A DNA stretch of 64,000 bases, taken from Escherichia coli (GTDB lineage: Bacteria; Pseudomonadota; Gammaproteobacteria; Enterobacterales; Enterobacteriaceae). Location: NCBI RefSeq assembly GCF_050320075.1, contig NZ_CP190018.1, one strand, 5' to 3'. The notes beneath the pieces are model-generated. The model was not told the DNA's origin and searched no databases. It was given only the letters and a program-made list of their open reading frames with translations. Made by a program: the position numbers and the translations under genes. Positions 19,805 to 27,680 of this stretch are shown piece after piece; positions within the stretch are counted from its first letter, which is position 1, and the number at the start of each line of letters is the position of its first letter.

Positions 19805-19908
19805 GGTGAACAGTGGTGAACAGACGGTGAACAGTCATTACTGCGATTGTTCACCCTTTAACTTACTGTATTACTTATCTTTTTTCTTATGGTGAACAGA
19901 GGTGAACA
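19805..19908. other. ori-like iteron cluster: six copies of the TGTTCACC octamer (either strand) in about 105 bp
   Basis: GGTGAACA at 19805, 19815, 19826, 19891, 19901 and TGTTCACC at 19849; about 5 kb from the crr-like repeats. Confidence 0.65.
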
Positions 19909-19987
19909 GTAAAATATAAAAAAACAAACAGTAAGCCGGTTTTTCCTGCGACCTTTTCCTGGCTTGCCGGTCTGAGGATGAGTCTCC

Positions 19988-20005
19988 TGTGTCAGGACTG
20001 GCACA
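19988..20005 (+). promoter_or_regulatory. Candidate Ogr/Delta activator site (TGT-N12-ACA) of a P2/P4-type late promoter upstream of sid
   Basis: TGTgtcaggactggcACA centred about 80 bp upstream of the sid ATG. Confidence 0.5.
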
Positions 20006-20077
20006 TCTGCAATGCGTCGTGTTGTTGTCCGGTGTACGTCACAATTTTCTTAACCTGAAGTGACGAGGAGCCGGAAA

Positions 20078-20812
20078 ATGTCTGACAACACCATCCCTGA
20101 ATATCTGCAACCCGCACTGGCACAACTGGAAAAGGCCAGAGCCGCCCACCTTGAGAACGCCCGCCTGATGGATGAGACCGTCACGGCCATTGAACGGGCA
20201 GAGCAGGAAAAAAATGCGCTGGCGCAGGCCGACGGAAACGACGCTGACGACTGGCGCACGGCCTTTCGTGCAGCCGGTGGTGTCCTGAGCGATGAGCTGA
20301 AACAGCGCCACATTGAGCGCGTGGCACGCCGGGAGCTGGTACAGGAATATGACAATCTGGCCGTGGTGCTGAATTTTGAACGTGAACGCCTGAAAGGGGC
20401 GTGTGACAGCACGGCCACCGCCTACCGGAAGGCACATCATCACCTTCTGAGTCTGTATGCAGAGAATGAGCTGGAACACGCCCTGAATGAAACCTGTGAG
20501 GCGCTTGTCCGGGCAATGCATCTGAGTATCCTGGTACAGGAAAATCCGCTCGCCAACACCACCGGCCATCAGGGCTACGTCGCACCCGATAAAGCTGTCA
20601 TGCAGCAGGTGAAATCATCGCTGGAACAGAAAATTAAACAGATGCAAATCAGCCTCAGCGGTGAGCCGGTTCTCCGGCTGGCAGGACTGTCAGCGGCAAC
20701 ACTCCCGCACATGGATTATGAGGTGGCAGGCACACCGGCACAGCGCAAGGTGTGGCAGGACAAAATAGACCAGCAGGGAGCAGAGCTTAAGGCCAGAGGG
20801 CTGCTGTCATGA
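20078..20812 (+). CDS. sid: Sid-like capsid size determination (external scaffold) protein, 244 aa
   Basis: Starts MSDNTIPEYLQPALAQLEKARAAHLENARLMDE; 244 aa from the ATG at 20078 (RBS GAGGAG) equals P4 Sid as recalled; followed by delta and psu. The ORF-track start at 20060 is six codons too far upstream. Confidence 0.75.
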   Translation: MSDNTIPEYLQPALAQLEKARAAHLENARLMDETVTAIERAEQEKNALAQADGNDADDWRTAFRAAGGVLSDELKQRHIERVARRELVQEYDNLAVVLNFERERLKGACDSTATAYRKAHHHLLSLYAENELEHALNETCEALVRAMHLSILVQENPLANTTGHQGYVAPDKAVMQQVKSSLEQKIKQMQISLSGEPVLRLAGLSAATLPHMDYEVAGTPAQRKVWQDKIDQQGAELKARGLLS

Positions 20813-21054
20813 TGCGCTGCCCTTTCTGTCGTCATTCAGCGCATACCCGCACCAGCCGGTATGTGAGTGACAATGTCAAAGAAAGTTATCTGCAGTGCCA
20901 GAATATTTACTGTTCGGCGACATTTAAAACGCATGAGTCAATTTGTGCCGTGATTCGTTCTCCGGTCACGGAGGAAAAACCAGCACCGGCAAGCACAGCA
21001 CCGGCTGTTGTCCGAAAAGTTAAAGGCTGTTACAGCTCACCATTCAACCATTAA
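20809..21054 (+). CDS. Ogr/Delta-family zinc-finger late-gene transcription activator (81 aa, single domain)
   Basis: C-X2-C-X22-C-X4-C pattern (CPFC ... CQNIYC); start overlaps the sid stop (ATGA). Confidence 0.75.
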   Translation: MMRCPFCRHSAHTRTSRYVSDNVKESYLQCQNIYCSATFKTHESICAVIRSPVTEEKPAPASTAPAVVRKVKGCYSSPFNH

Positions 21055-21068
21055 TCAGGAGACGGGGT

Positions 21069-21641
21069 GTGACCACAATGTCATTACAGCAGGCTTTTGA
21101 GGTCTGCCAGAATAACAAAGCGGCATGGCTGCAACGCAAAAATGAGCTGGCTGCAGCCGAACAGGAATATCTGCGGCTTCTGTCCGGGGAAGGCAGAAAC
21201 GTCAGCCGCCTGGACGAATTACGCAATATTATCGAAGTCAGAAAATGGCAGGTGAATCAGGCCGCCGGTCGTTATATTCGTTCGCATGAAGCCGTTCAGC
21301 ACATCAGCATCCGCGAGCGGCTGAATGATTTTATGCAGCAGCACGGCACAGCACTGGCGGCCGCACTGGCACCGGAGCTGATGGGCTACAGTGAGCTGAC
21401 GGCCATTGCCCGAAACTGTGCCATACAGCGTGCCACAGATGCCCTGCGTGAAGCCCTTCTGTCCTGGCTTGCGAAGGGGGAAAAAATTAATTATTCCGCG
21501 CAGGATAGCGACATTTTAACGACCATCGGATTCAGGCCTGACGCGGCTTCGGTGGATGACAACCGTGAAAAATTCACCCCTGCGCAGAACATGATTTTTT
21601 CGCGTAAAAGTGCGCAACTGGCATCACGTCAGTCTGTGTAA
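21069..21641 (+). CDS. psu: Psu-like protein (polarity suppression / capsid decoration), 190 aa
   Basis: 190 aa as for P4 Psu; sequence (QQAFEVCQNNKAAWLQRKNELAAAEQEYLRLLSGEGRNVSRLDELRN) matches my recollection of Psu; last gene of the sid-delta-psu block. Confidence 0.75.
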   Translation: MTTMSLQQAFEVCQNNKAAWLQRKNELAAAEQEYLRLLSGEGRNVSRLDELRNIIEVRKWQVNQAAGRYIRSHEAVQHISIRERLNDFMQQHGTALAAALAPELMGYSELTAIARNCAIQRATDALREALLSWLAKGEKINYSAQDSDILTTIGFRPDAASVDDNREKFTPAQNMIFSRKSAQLASRQSV

Positions 21642-21805
21642 AATTCCCCGAAAATCCGCCCGTTTTTACTGAAAAAAGCCATGCATCGATAAGGTGCATG
21701 GCTTTGCATGCGTTTTCCTGCCTCATTTTCTGCAGACCGCGCCATTCCCGGCGCGGTCTGAGCGTGTCAGTGCAACTGCATTAAAACCGCCCCGCAAAGC
21801 GGGCG

Positions 21806-21824
21806 GGCGAGGCGGGGAAAGCAC
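21806..21824. other. P2/P4-type cos site (19-nt cohesive-end sequence GGCGAGGCGGGGAAAGCAC)
   Basis: Exact match to the P2-type cohesive end as recalled, immediately downstream of psu and preceded by GC-rich hairpins. Confidence 0.7.
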
Positions 21825-21842
21825 TGCGCGCTAGGAACGAAA

Positions 21843-24563
21843 TTATTTGTAATTATTTATTATCTCTTCAATCTTCAAAAGTGCTTGTGAGAAATCACTT
21901 AATTTCCGTGTGTTGACTATATAGCGTAATAAACCTCTGATTGTCTCTGCTTCTGAGTTAAATCTAAATCCTTTATAGTTTTCAACAAGCTTGGATACTT
22001 TCTCAGGAAGATTGTCATAGCTGTCTGAAATCTCTGATGCTAATAAAAATAATTCAAATTTAATCTTTCTTTCTTCATTGAAATCAGTTGTGGAAATATT
22101 TTTGATAAATGATTTTATTTTATCTCTATTCTTTTCTGTTGATATTCTGTACAGATCATATAGTATTGTTTCAGCAGCTCTTGCTTTATCTGTATTCGGA
22201 TAAGAACTAATTTCATGAAGTAATTTATCGACCTTGCTGTCGTCTTCTATATTAACGCCCAGTTTTTTGGCTACTGAAAAAATATTAGCAAGGCCTCTAT
22301 TGACTATAGCTATCACCTCATACCTACCAAGGTTTCTACTTATTAACTTATCGAGAATCGTGTATATTAAAGTTTTTATGCTGTCAGTGGATAAAGTTTC
22401 ACTGTGGGTGTTGTACCTTATAACGACATATTCGGAAATAGCATCATAGAATGCTAGGTTGTGGTATGAGGACTTTAAAGTGTCGTTTAATGTTTTTAAT
22501 ACTACCGCGTCTTGCTCTGTGGTTATTTTCATTAAAGATAGTAGTTTTAATGCGTTGATTAACTTTCCTTCTATAGGGTTGAGAAACGTAGCGAACTTGC
22601 TATATGACTTCGCTAGGTTTTGCAGTACAGTATTTATTAACCAATCTAATTCTTTGGGTTGAACAGACAGCGATAATAGTTTTTTATCTTCTTTCCTTAG
22701 TATAAGAGATAGGGTTTTATTATCAATGTATTTAATGCATGAATATAATTCTAATCTTGTTAGAGAAATCTCGTCTTTATCAGAATCCTTGATTATTTTT
22801 ATTTCAATGAATTTGCGAATCACATCCTTGAATTCTTTATAAACATCAATTAAACATCCATTTTTTACAACAAAAATTATAAGGTTTTCGAAAAGAAATT
22901 CCGTTTTATGAAGATCCCCGTCAACTAATAACTTTGTATTTCTTTTTCTTATATCGCTATACTTTGTTAATAATGAGCTAACGGTGTAGTGAAGATTTAA
23001 TAAATAATTAAAGGTTACTAAATCATAGATTACGGAGACGGTTTTTTTTATATTTCTCGGTAAGTTATCATATAATTCATGAATTTTATTCTCCTCAAGA
23101 GTTGAGTATCTTTCTCTATTAATTGAAAAATCATACTTCAATCTATTCAAAATAATATTTTGATTGAAAAGCGATATGAGAATATTTGCATAGTCCTTTT
23201 GTCTGATCTCTTCTGATAATTCCTCCTCTATAATACTGTAAGCCTCATCGTATTTATTTAACTGGAAGCAATTATATTTCTTAGTCTTGTCTATACTATT
23301 TGCAACCTTATGGGGGCGTGTATAGGTAACTATTTCGTTATAGTTGAAATTAATTTCCTTATCTATTTTAATTAATGAATCATTTGGTAGCACTTCAGTA
23401 ATCAGTAGCACTTCATCATGTTTATCGTTTAAAACAATACCATATATACTTGCTTTTTTTAATATAAAAAATAATTTTTGGAGATGCGGCTTATAGTCTT
23501 TAACTTTTTTATCATTACTGAGTATACTCAAAAACTTCTTATAAAATCCTCTTAGCTCTATATTATTATCATTAGAGGTTACTTCGGTGTCATAAAATTG
23601 CAATAAAGCTTTTGGTCCATTGTCATCAATATACATTAAACCGCAATTAGTGAAACATCTGGTAACTTGTTCAGCAAGTATTGCATTTAACGATTGAAGA
23701 GATCTCACTCTTGAATAAATAGCATTAATTATTTCGATATCATCTAAGTCTGCACATAGTTCTAGGCTATTTAGGCTATGCAGGAAAGTATATAACTTGT
23801 TTGAATATGAATTGTTATTGAAAGGTTTGATTGTTTCATCGGTTAAAATAATAGTGGTTATACCATGACTTTCAAGATATTTTCTTTGAGCAGGAATATC
23901 TTCGAATACTACTAAATACATAGGGGGTCTAACAGATGAATGATTCTGAGTCCATTTAATTATTTGCTTTAGATCTATATCATTATATGAATACCCCAAA
24001 AATAGCACAGTATGGGTGGAAATAACACTTTTAACATAATTTTCAATTAAGGGAAAATTGAAGCTATAATTTAAGTAATCATCTTCTTTAAAGACGATGT
24101 TGTGATTTTTAAAATCACCATGCATTTTTATCAATTTTTTGCCAAGGTAAGATTTCATCAAATCTTTGTCACTGCTTATTATATTATAAAAGTAAGATTT
24201 GGCATTTATAGCTGCTTCAAGCAAAGTGTCCCAATTCGTTGTGATAACAGAGTGAGGATTCAGTTTAAATATTAGATCGTGAATCTTTGAATGGGGAACA
24301 TTTTCAGGAAAGAAATCTTTGATTCTTTTGTAGTAAAGATGCTCACCAAATGTGAGGTAATAAAGCTGTGCTATTTTTAAATAATCTGATTCATCTTTGA
24401 TATTGAGATCTGAAATGAGAGTGTCAATTAAGTCCCCCCATGAAGGCATTTTGATAGTTTTTGTTTCAGAGGATTTTGAAACACCAGCCCCTACAAAAAT
24501 AGCTAAAGACTCCTCATCTTTTGCTCTTAAAATACTAGCTATATGTTTGTTTAGCAAATCCAT
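21843..24563 (-). CDS. Cargo gene in the satellite cos-int slot: 906-aa protein with N-terminal SIR2-like domain and long helical C-terminal region; candidate antiphage NAD+-depleting defence protein (DSR-like)
   Basis: N-terminal motifs FVGAGVS, VITTNWD, KMHGDF, LFLGYSYNDIDL resemble SIR2_2-type domains; the remaining ~650 aa are low-complexity helical repeats. Strongly AT-rich relative to the prophage backbone. Sits between cos and int. Confidence 0.55.
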   Translation of the reverse strand: MDLLNKHIASILRAKDEESLAIFVGAGVSKSSETKTIKMPSWGDLIDTLISDLNIKDESDYLKIAQLYYLTFGEHLYYKRIKDFFPENVPHSKIHDLIFKLNPHSVITTNWDTLLEAAINAKSYFYNIISSDKDLMKSYLGKKLIKMHGDFKNHNIVFKEDDYLNYSFNFPLIENYVKSVISTHTVLFLGYSYNDIDLKQIIKWTQNHSSVRPPMYLVVFEDIPAQRKYLESHGITTIILTDETIKPFNNNSYSNKLYTFLHSLNSLELCADLDDIEIINAIYSRVRSLQSLNAILAEQVTRCFTNCGLMYIDDNGPKALLQFYDTEVTSNDNNIELRGFYKKFLSILSNDKKVKDYKPHLQKLFFILKKASIYGIVLNDKHDEVLLITEVLPNDSLIKIDKEINFNYNEIVTYTRPHKVANSIDKTKKYNCFQLNKYDEAYSIIEEELSEEIRQKDYANILISLFNQNIILNRLKYDFSINRERYSTLEENKIHELYDNLPRNIKKTVSVIYDLVTFNYLLNLHYTVSSLLTKYSDIRKRNTKLLVDGDLHKTEFLFENLIIFVVKNGCLIDVYKEFKDVIRKFIEIKIIKDSDKDEISLTRLELYSCIKYIDNKTLSLILRKEDKKLLSLSVQPKELDWLINTVLQNLAKSYSKFATFLNPIEGKLINALKLLSLMKITTEQDAVVLKTLNDTLKSSYHNLAFYDAISEYVVIRYNTHSETLSTDSIKTLIYTILDKLISRNLGRYEVIAIVNRGLANIFSVAKKLGVNIEDDSKVDKLLHEISSYPNTDKARAAETILYDLYRISTEKNRDKIKSFIKNISTTDFNEERKIKFELFLLASEISDSYDNLPEKVSKLVENYKGFRFNSEAETIRGLLRYIVNTRKLSDFSQALLKIEEIINNYK

Positions 24564-24575
24564 TGTATATACCTC

Positions 24576-25739
24576 TCAATATAATTTATCTGAATACCAT
24601 TGCATCATTTTTTTTCTATGTTCAAGATATTGAGCATGATTGTAAGTCCCTCGGATTCTGTTTTTATCAACATGTGCCAATTGTATTTCAATCCATGCGC
24701 TATCAAACCCTTGTTCGTGCAATATTGTCGACATGGTATGCCGAAAACCGTGACCTGTAGCACGGCCTTTGTAGCCAATTAACTCAATCACTTGTGAAAC
24801 ACTTTCTTTTGAGATTGGCTTGCTGCGGTTGTTCCTGCCAATAAAGATGTAAGGGTAATGGCCGGTAATAGGTTTGAGCTGTTTGAAAAGGTCAACTACC
24901 TGAGTAGATAAAGGAACAATGTGAGGTCTACGCATTTTCATACGTTCCGCTGGTATCTCCCATATACCTTTTTCGAGGTCTACTTCTTCCCACGTAGCAA
25001 AGCGCATCTCCTGCGTTCTTACACCAGTCAGCATGACTATCTTCGTAGCATTTTTGGTGATGATGCTACCGGTATACGCTTCAAGATCTCGAATAAAATG
25101 AGGCAACTCTTCAGCGGATAAAAATGGATGGTGTTTTTGCTTGGGAACGGCCAGAGCGATAGCTAAATCAGGTGCAGGATTGTACTCAGCACGGCCAGTT
25201 ATGATTGCATAGCGATAAACCTCACCGCATCTTTGACGCACCTTGCGTGTTTTCTCTAGTGCTCCACGTTTTTCGATTCGTCGTAATACTTCAAGCAGTT
25301 CTAATGGTTTGATTTCACTGATAGGACGTTTACCAATGAACGGGAAGACATCTTGCTCGAATGTCTTAATGATTTCTTCTCGATAGGCCACAGTCCAGCG
25401 GTCAGCTTTGTTGGTATGCCATTCTCGACATATTGCTTCGAAAGAATTTTCTGTTGATAGCTTTTGGGCGAGTCTTAAAGCTTTGCGTTCCTCTACCGGG
25501 TCAATGCCATTAGCAACCTGCTTACGGGCGATATCACGCTTCTCACGTGCTTCTGCGAGGCTTACTAAATCGTAGCTGCCAAATGACATTAACCGCGCTT
25601 TCCCTGCAAACCGGAAACGGAAACGCCAGCCTTTCGAGCCATCGGGATTGATAAGCAATGACAGACCTTGTCCATCGTTCAATGTGTATGGCTTGTCTTG
25701 TGGTTTTGCACGTTTGATCTGTATATCGGTGAGAGCCAT
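24576..25739 (-). CDS. int: P4-family tyrosine integrase (387 aa)
   Basis: N-terminal MALTDIQIKRAKP...GKARLMSFGSYDLVSLAEAREKR and C-terminal catalytic region (HGFRHTMSTILHEQG ... RGTYNH); adjacent to the tRNA target. Confidence 0.9.
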   Translation of the reverse strand: MALTDIQIKRAKPQDKPYTLNDGQGLSLLINPDGSKGWRFRFRFAGKARLMSFGSYDLVSLAEAREKRDIARKQVANGIDPVEERKALRLAQKLSTENSFEAICREWHTNKADRWTVAYREEIIKTFEQDVFPFIGKRPISEIKPLELLEVLRRIEKRGALEKTRKVRQRCGEVYRYAIITGRAEYNPAPDLAIALAVPKQKHHPFLSAEELPHFIRDLEAYTGSIITKNATKIVMLTGVRTQEMRFATWEEVDLEKGIWEIPAERMKMRRPHIVPLSTQVVDLFKQLKPITGHYPYIFIGRNNRSKPISKESVSQVIELIGYKGRATGHGFRHTMSTILHEQGFDSAWIEIQLAHVDKNRIRGTYNHAQYLEHRKKMMQWYSDKLY

Positions 25740-25901
25740 GTGTATAACTGAAAACTACTTATAAAAAATCTATACACATTACTATACATATTTTTCGCGG
25801 ATTTAGGGAGACGATCTCGGACTGTTACGGATAAGATGATTATTCATCATATTGAATATAAAGGGTTTTATGGATCATCTCGGAACTGGCTGGATGAAGT
25901 T

Positions 25902-25996
25902 TGGCGGAAGATCACAGGAGTCGAACCTGCCCGGGACCGCTGGCGGCCCCAACTGGATTTGAAGTCCAGCCGCCTCACCGGAGACGACGATCTTCC
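25902..25996 (-). tRNA. selC: tRNA-Sec (selenocysteine tRNA), intact, 95 nt
   Basis: Reverse complement matches my recollection of E. coli selC from GGAAGATCGTCGTCTCC... to ...GATCTTCCGCCA. Confidence 0.95.
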
Positions 25997-26288
25997 GCGC
26001 CTCGATTGCTACATGGAGGCGGGGCGCATTATAGCTACTTCCTTGAGTTTCTACATCCCCCAGATCAGTTTTTTCCGCCTAATACACGCAGCGTATTATC
26101 ACGGAAGCATTATAATTCATATAAAACCCATATTTTACAATGATATATGAGCGGAATTAACGCTACCACGATCACATAAAACAAGAATCATAAATTAATA
26201 ACCAGATATCGGAATATTCGCTCTCACAGGGATGGTTTACAAAATGCGTTATCGGTCTCAGCACCCCTATAGCATCAAGGAAAAGCAG

Positions 26289-27671
26289 ATGAAGAGTGAA
26301 GTGTTGTCCGTTAAAGAGAAAATTGGTTATGGCATGGGAGACGCCGCCAGCCACATTATTTTCGATAACGTAATGTTATATATGATGTTCTTTTATACCG
26401 ATATTTTTGGCATTCCTGCCGGATTTGTCGGAACTATGTTTTTGGTCGCTCGTGCACTGGATGCGATTTCCGATCCTTGCATGGGGTTGTTGGCCGATCG
26501 AACGCGCTCTCGCTGGGGTAAATTTCGTCCGTGGGTACTGTTTGGCGCACTGCCATTTGGGATCGTCTGTGTACTGGCCTATAGCACGCCAGATCTCAGT
26601 ATGAACGGAAAAATGATTTATGCAGCAATTACTTACACCCTACTTACCTTACTTTATACCATCGTTAATATCCCTTACTGCGCATTGGGTGGTGTAATCA
26701 CCAATGACCCGACTCAGCGTATCTCGCTGCAATCCTGGCGTTTTGTGCTGGCGACCGCGGGAGGCATGCTCTCTACTGTGCTGATGATGCCGCTGGTTAA
26801 TTTAATTGGTGGTGATAATAAACCACTCGGTTTCCAGGGCGGTATCGCGGTCCTTTCCGTGGTGGCATTCATGATGCTGGCATTTTGTTTCTTTACCACT
26901 AAAGAACGCGTTGAAGCACCACCTACAACGACGTCTATGCGGGAAGATTTACGTGATATCTGGCAAAACGATCAGTGGCGGATTGTCGGTTTACTGACCA
27001 TTTTCAATATTCTGGCGGTGTGCGTACGCGGCGGGGCGATGATGTATTACGTCACATGGATTTTGGGTACGCCGGAAGTGTTTGTCGCTTTTCTTACCAC
27101 TTATTGCGTGGGTAACCTGATTGGTTCCGCACTGGCGAAACCGCTGACCGACTGGAAATGTAAAGTCACTATCTTCTGGTGGACGAACGCCCTGCTGGCA
27201 GTGATTAGCCTCGCGATGTTCTTTGTTCCTATGCAGGCCAGCATCACTATGTTTGTCTTCATCTTCGTGATTGGTGTGTTGCATCAACTGGTGACACCTA
27301 TCCAGTGGGTAATGATGTCCGATACCGTCGACTACGGCGAGTGGTGCAATGGTAAACGCCTGACCGGGATCAGTTTTGCTGGCACGCTGTTTGTGCTCAA
27401 GCTGGGGTTGGCCTTCGGCGGCGCTCTTATCGGCTGGATGCTGGCTTATGGCGGATATGATGCGGCAGAAAAAGCGCAGAACAGCGCCACGATTAGCATC
27501 ATTATCGCGCTATTCACGATTGTTCCGGCGATCTGTTATTTGCTGAGCGCGATTATCGCTAAACGCTACTACTCACTCACGACGCACAATCTGAAAACCG
27601 TTATGGAACAGCTGGCTCAGGGCAAACGCCGTTGCCAGCAACAATTCACCTCTCAAAATGTGCAGAACTAA
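26289..27671 (+). CDS. yicJ: GPH-family (glycoside-pentoside-hexuronide:cation) symporter
   Basis: 460 aa from MKSEVLSVKEKIGYGMGDAASH; 12-TM profile; followed by yicI. ORF-track start at 26232 trimmed by 19 codons. Confidence 0.85.
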   Translation: MKSEVLSVKEKIGYGMGDAASHIIFDNVMLYMMFFYTDIFGIPAGFVGTMFLVARALDAISDPCMGLLADRTRSRWGKFRPWVLFGALPFGIVCVLAYSTPDLSMNGKMIYAAITYTLLTLLYTIVNIPYCALGGVITNDPTQRISLQSWRFVLATAGGMLSTVLMMPLVNLIGGDNKPLGFQGGIAVLSVVAFMMLAFCFFTTKERVEAPPTTTSMREDLRDIWQNDQWRIVGLLTIFNILAVCVRGGAMMYYVTWILGTPEVFVAFLTTYCVGNLIGSALAKPLTDWKCKVTIFWWTNALLAVISLAMFFVPMQASITMFVFIFVIGVLHQLVTPIQWVMMSDTVDYGEWCNGKRLTGISFAGTLFVLKLGLAFGGALIGWMLAYGGYDAAEKAQNSATISIIIALFTIVPAICYLLSAIIAKRYYSLTTHNLKTVMEQLAQGKRRCQQQFTSQNVQN

Positions 27672-27680
27672 GGAACGGCA

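Larger units (their letters stand above)
14641..25922. mobile_element. P4-like satellite prophage (about 11.3 kb) integrated at the 3' end of tRNA-Sec (selC)
   Basis: Bounded by 23-bp direct repeats (14641-14663 and 25900-25922). Contents in P4 order: crr, alpha, orf106/orf151-size ORFs, vis/AlpA-like, ori, sid-delta-psu, cos, cargo, int. Confidence 0.85.

Noticed and set aside
25836-26150. ORFs 25836-26150 and 25901-26143 on the plus strand.
   Set aside because: They run across the tRNA-Sec gene and the int-selC intergenic region; the tRNA explains this sequence.
25740-26288. Looked for LEE-type T3SS pathogenicity-island genes at selC, a classic LEE insertion site.
   Set aside because: None present: the selC-adjacent element is a P4-like satellite, and the T3SS-related genes in the window are SPI-1-type translocators located 15 kb away, outside the att-bounded element.
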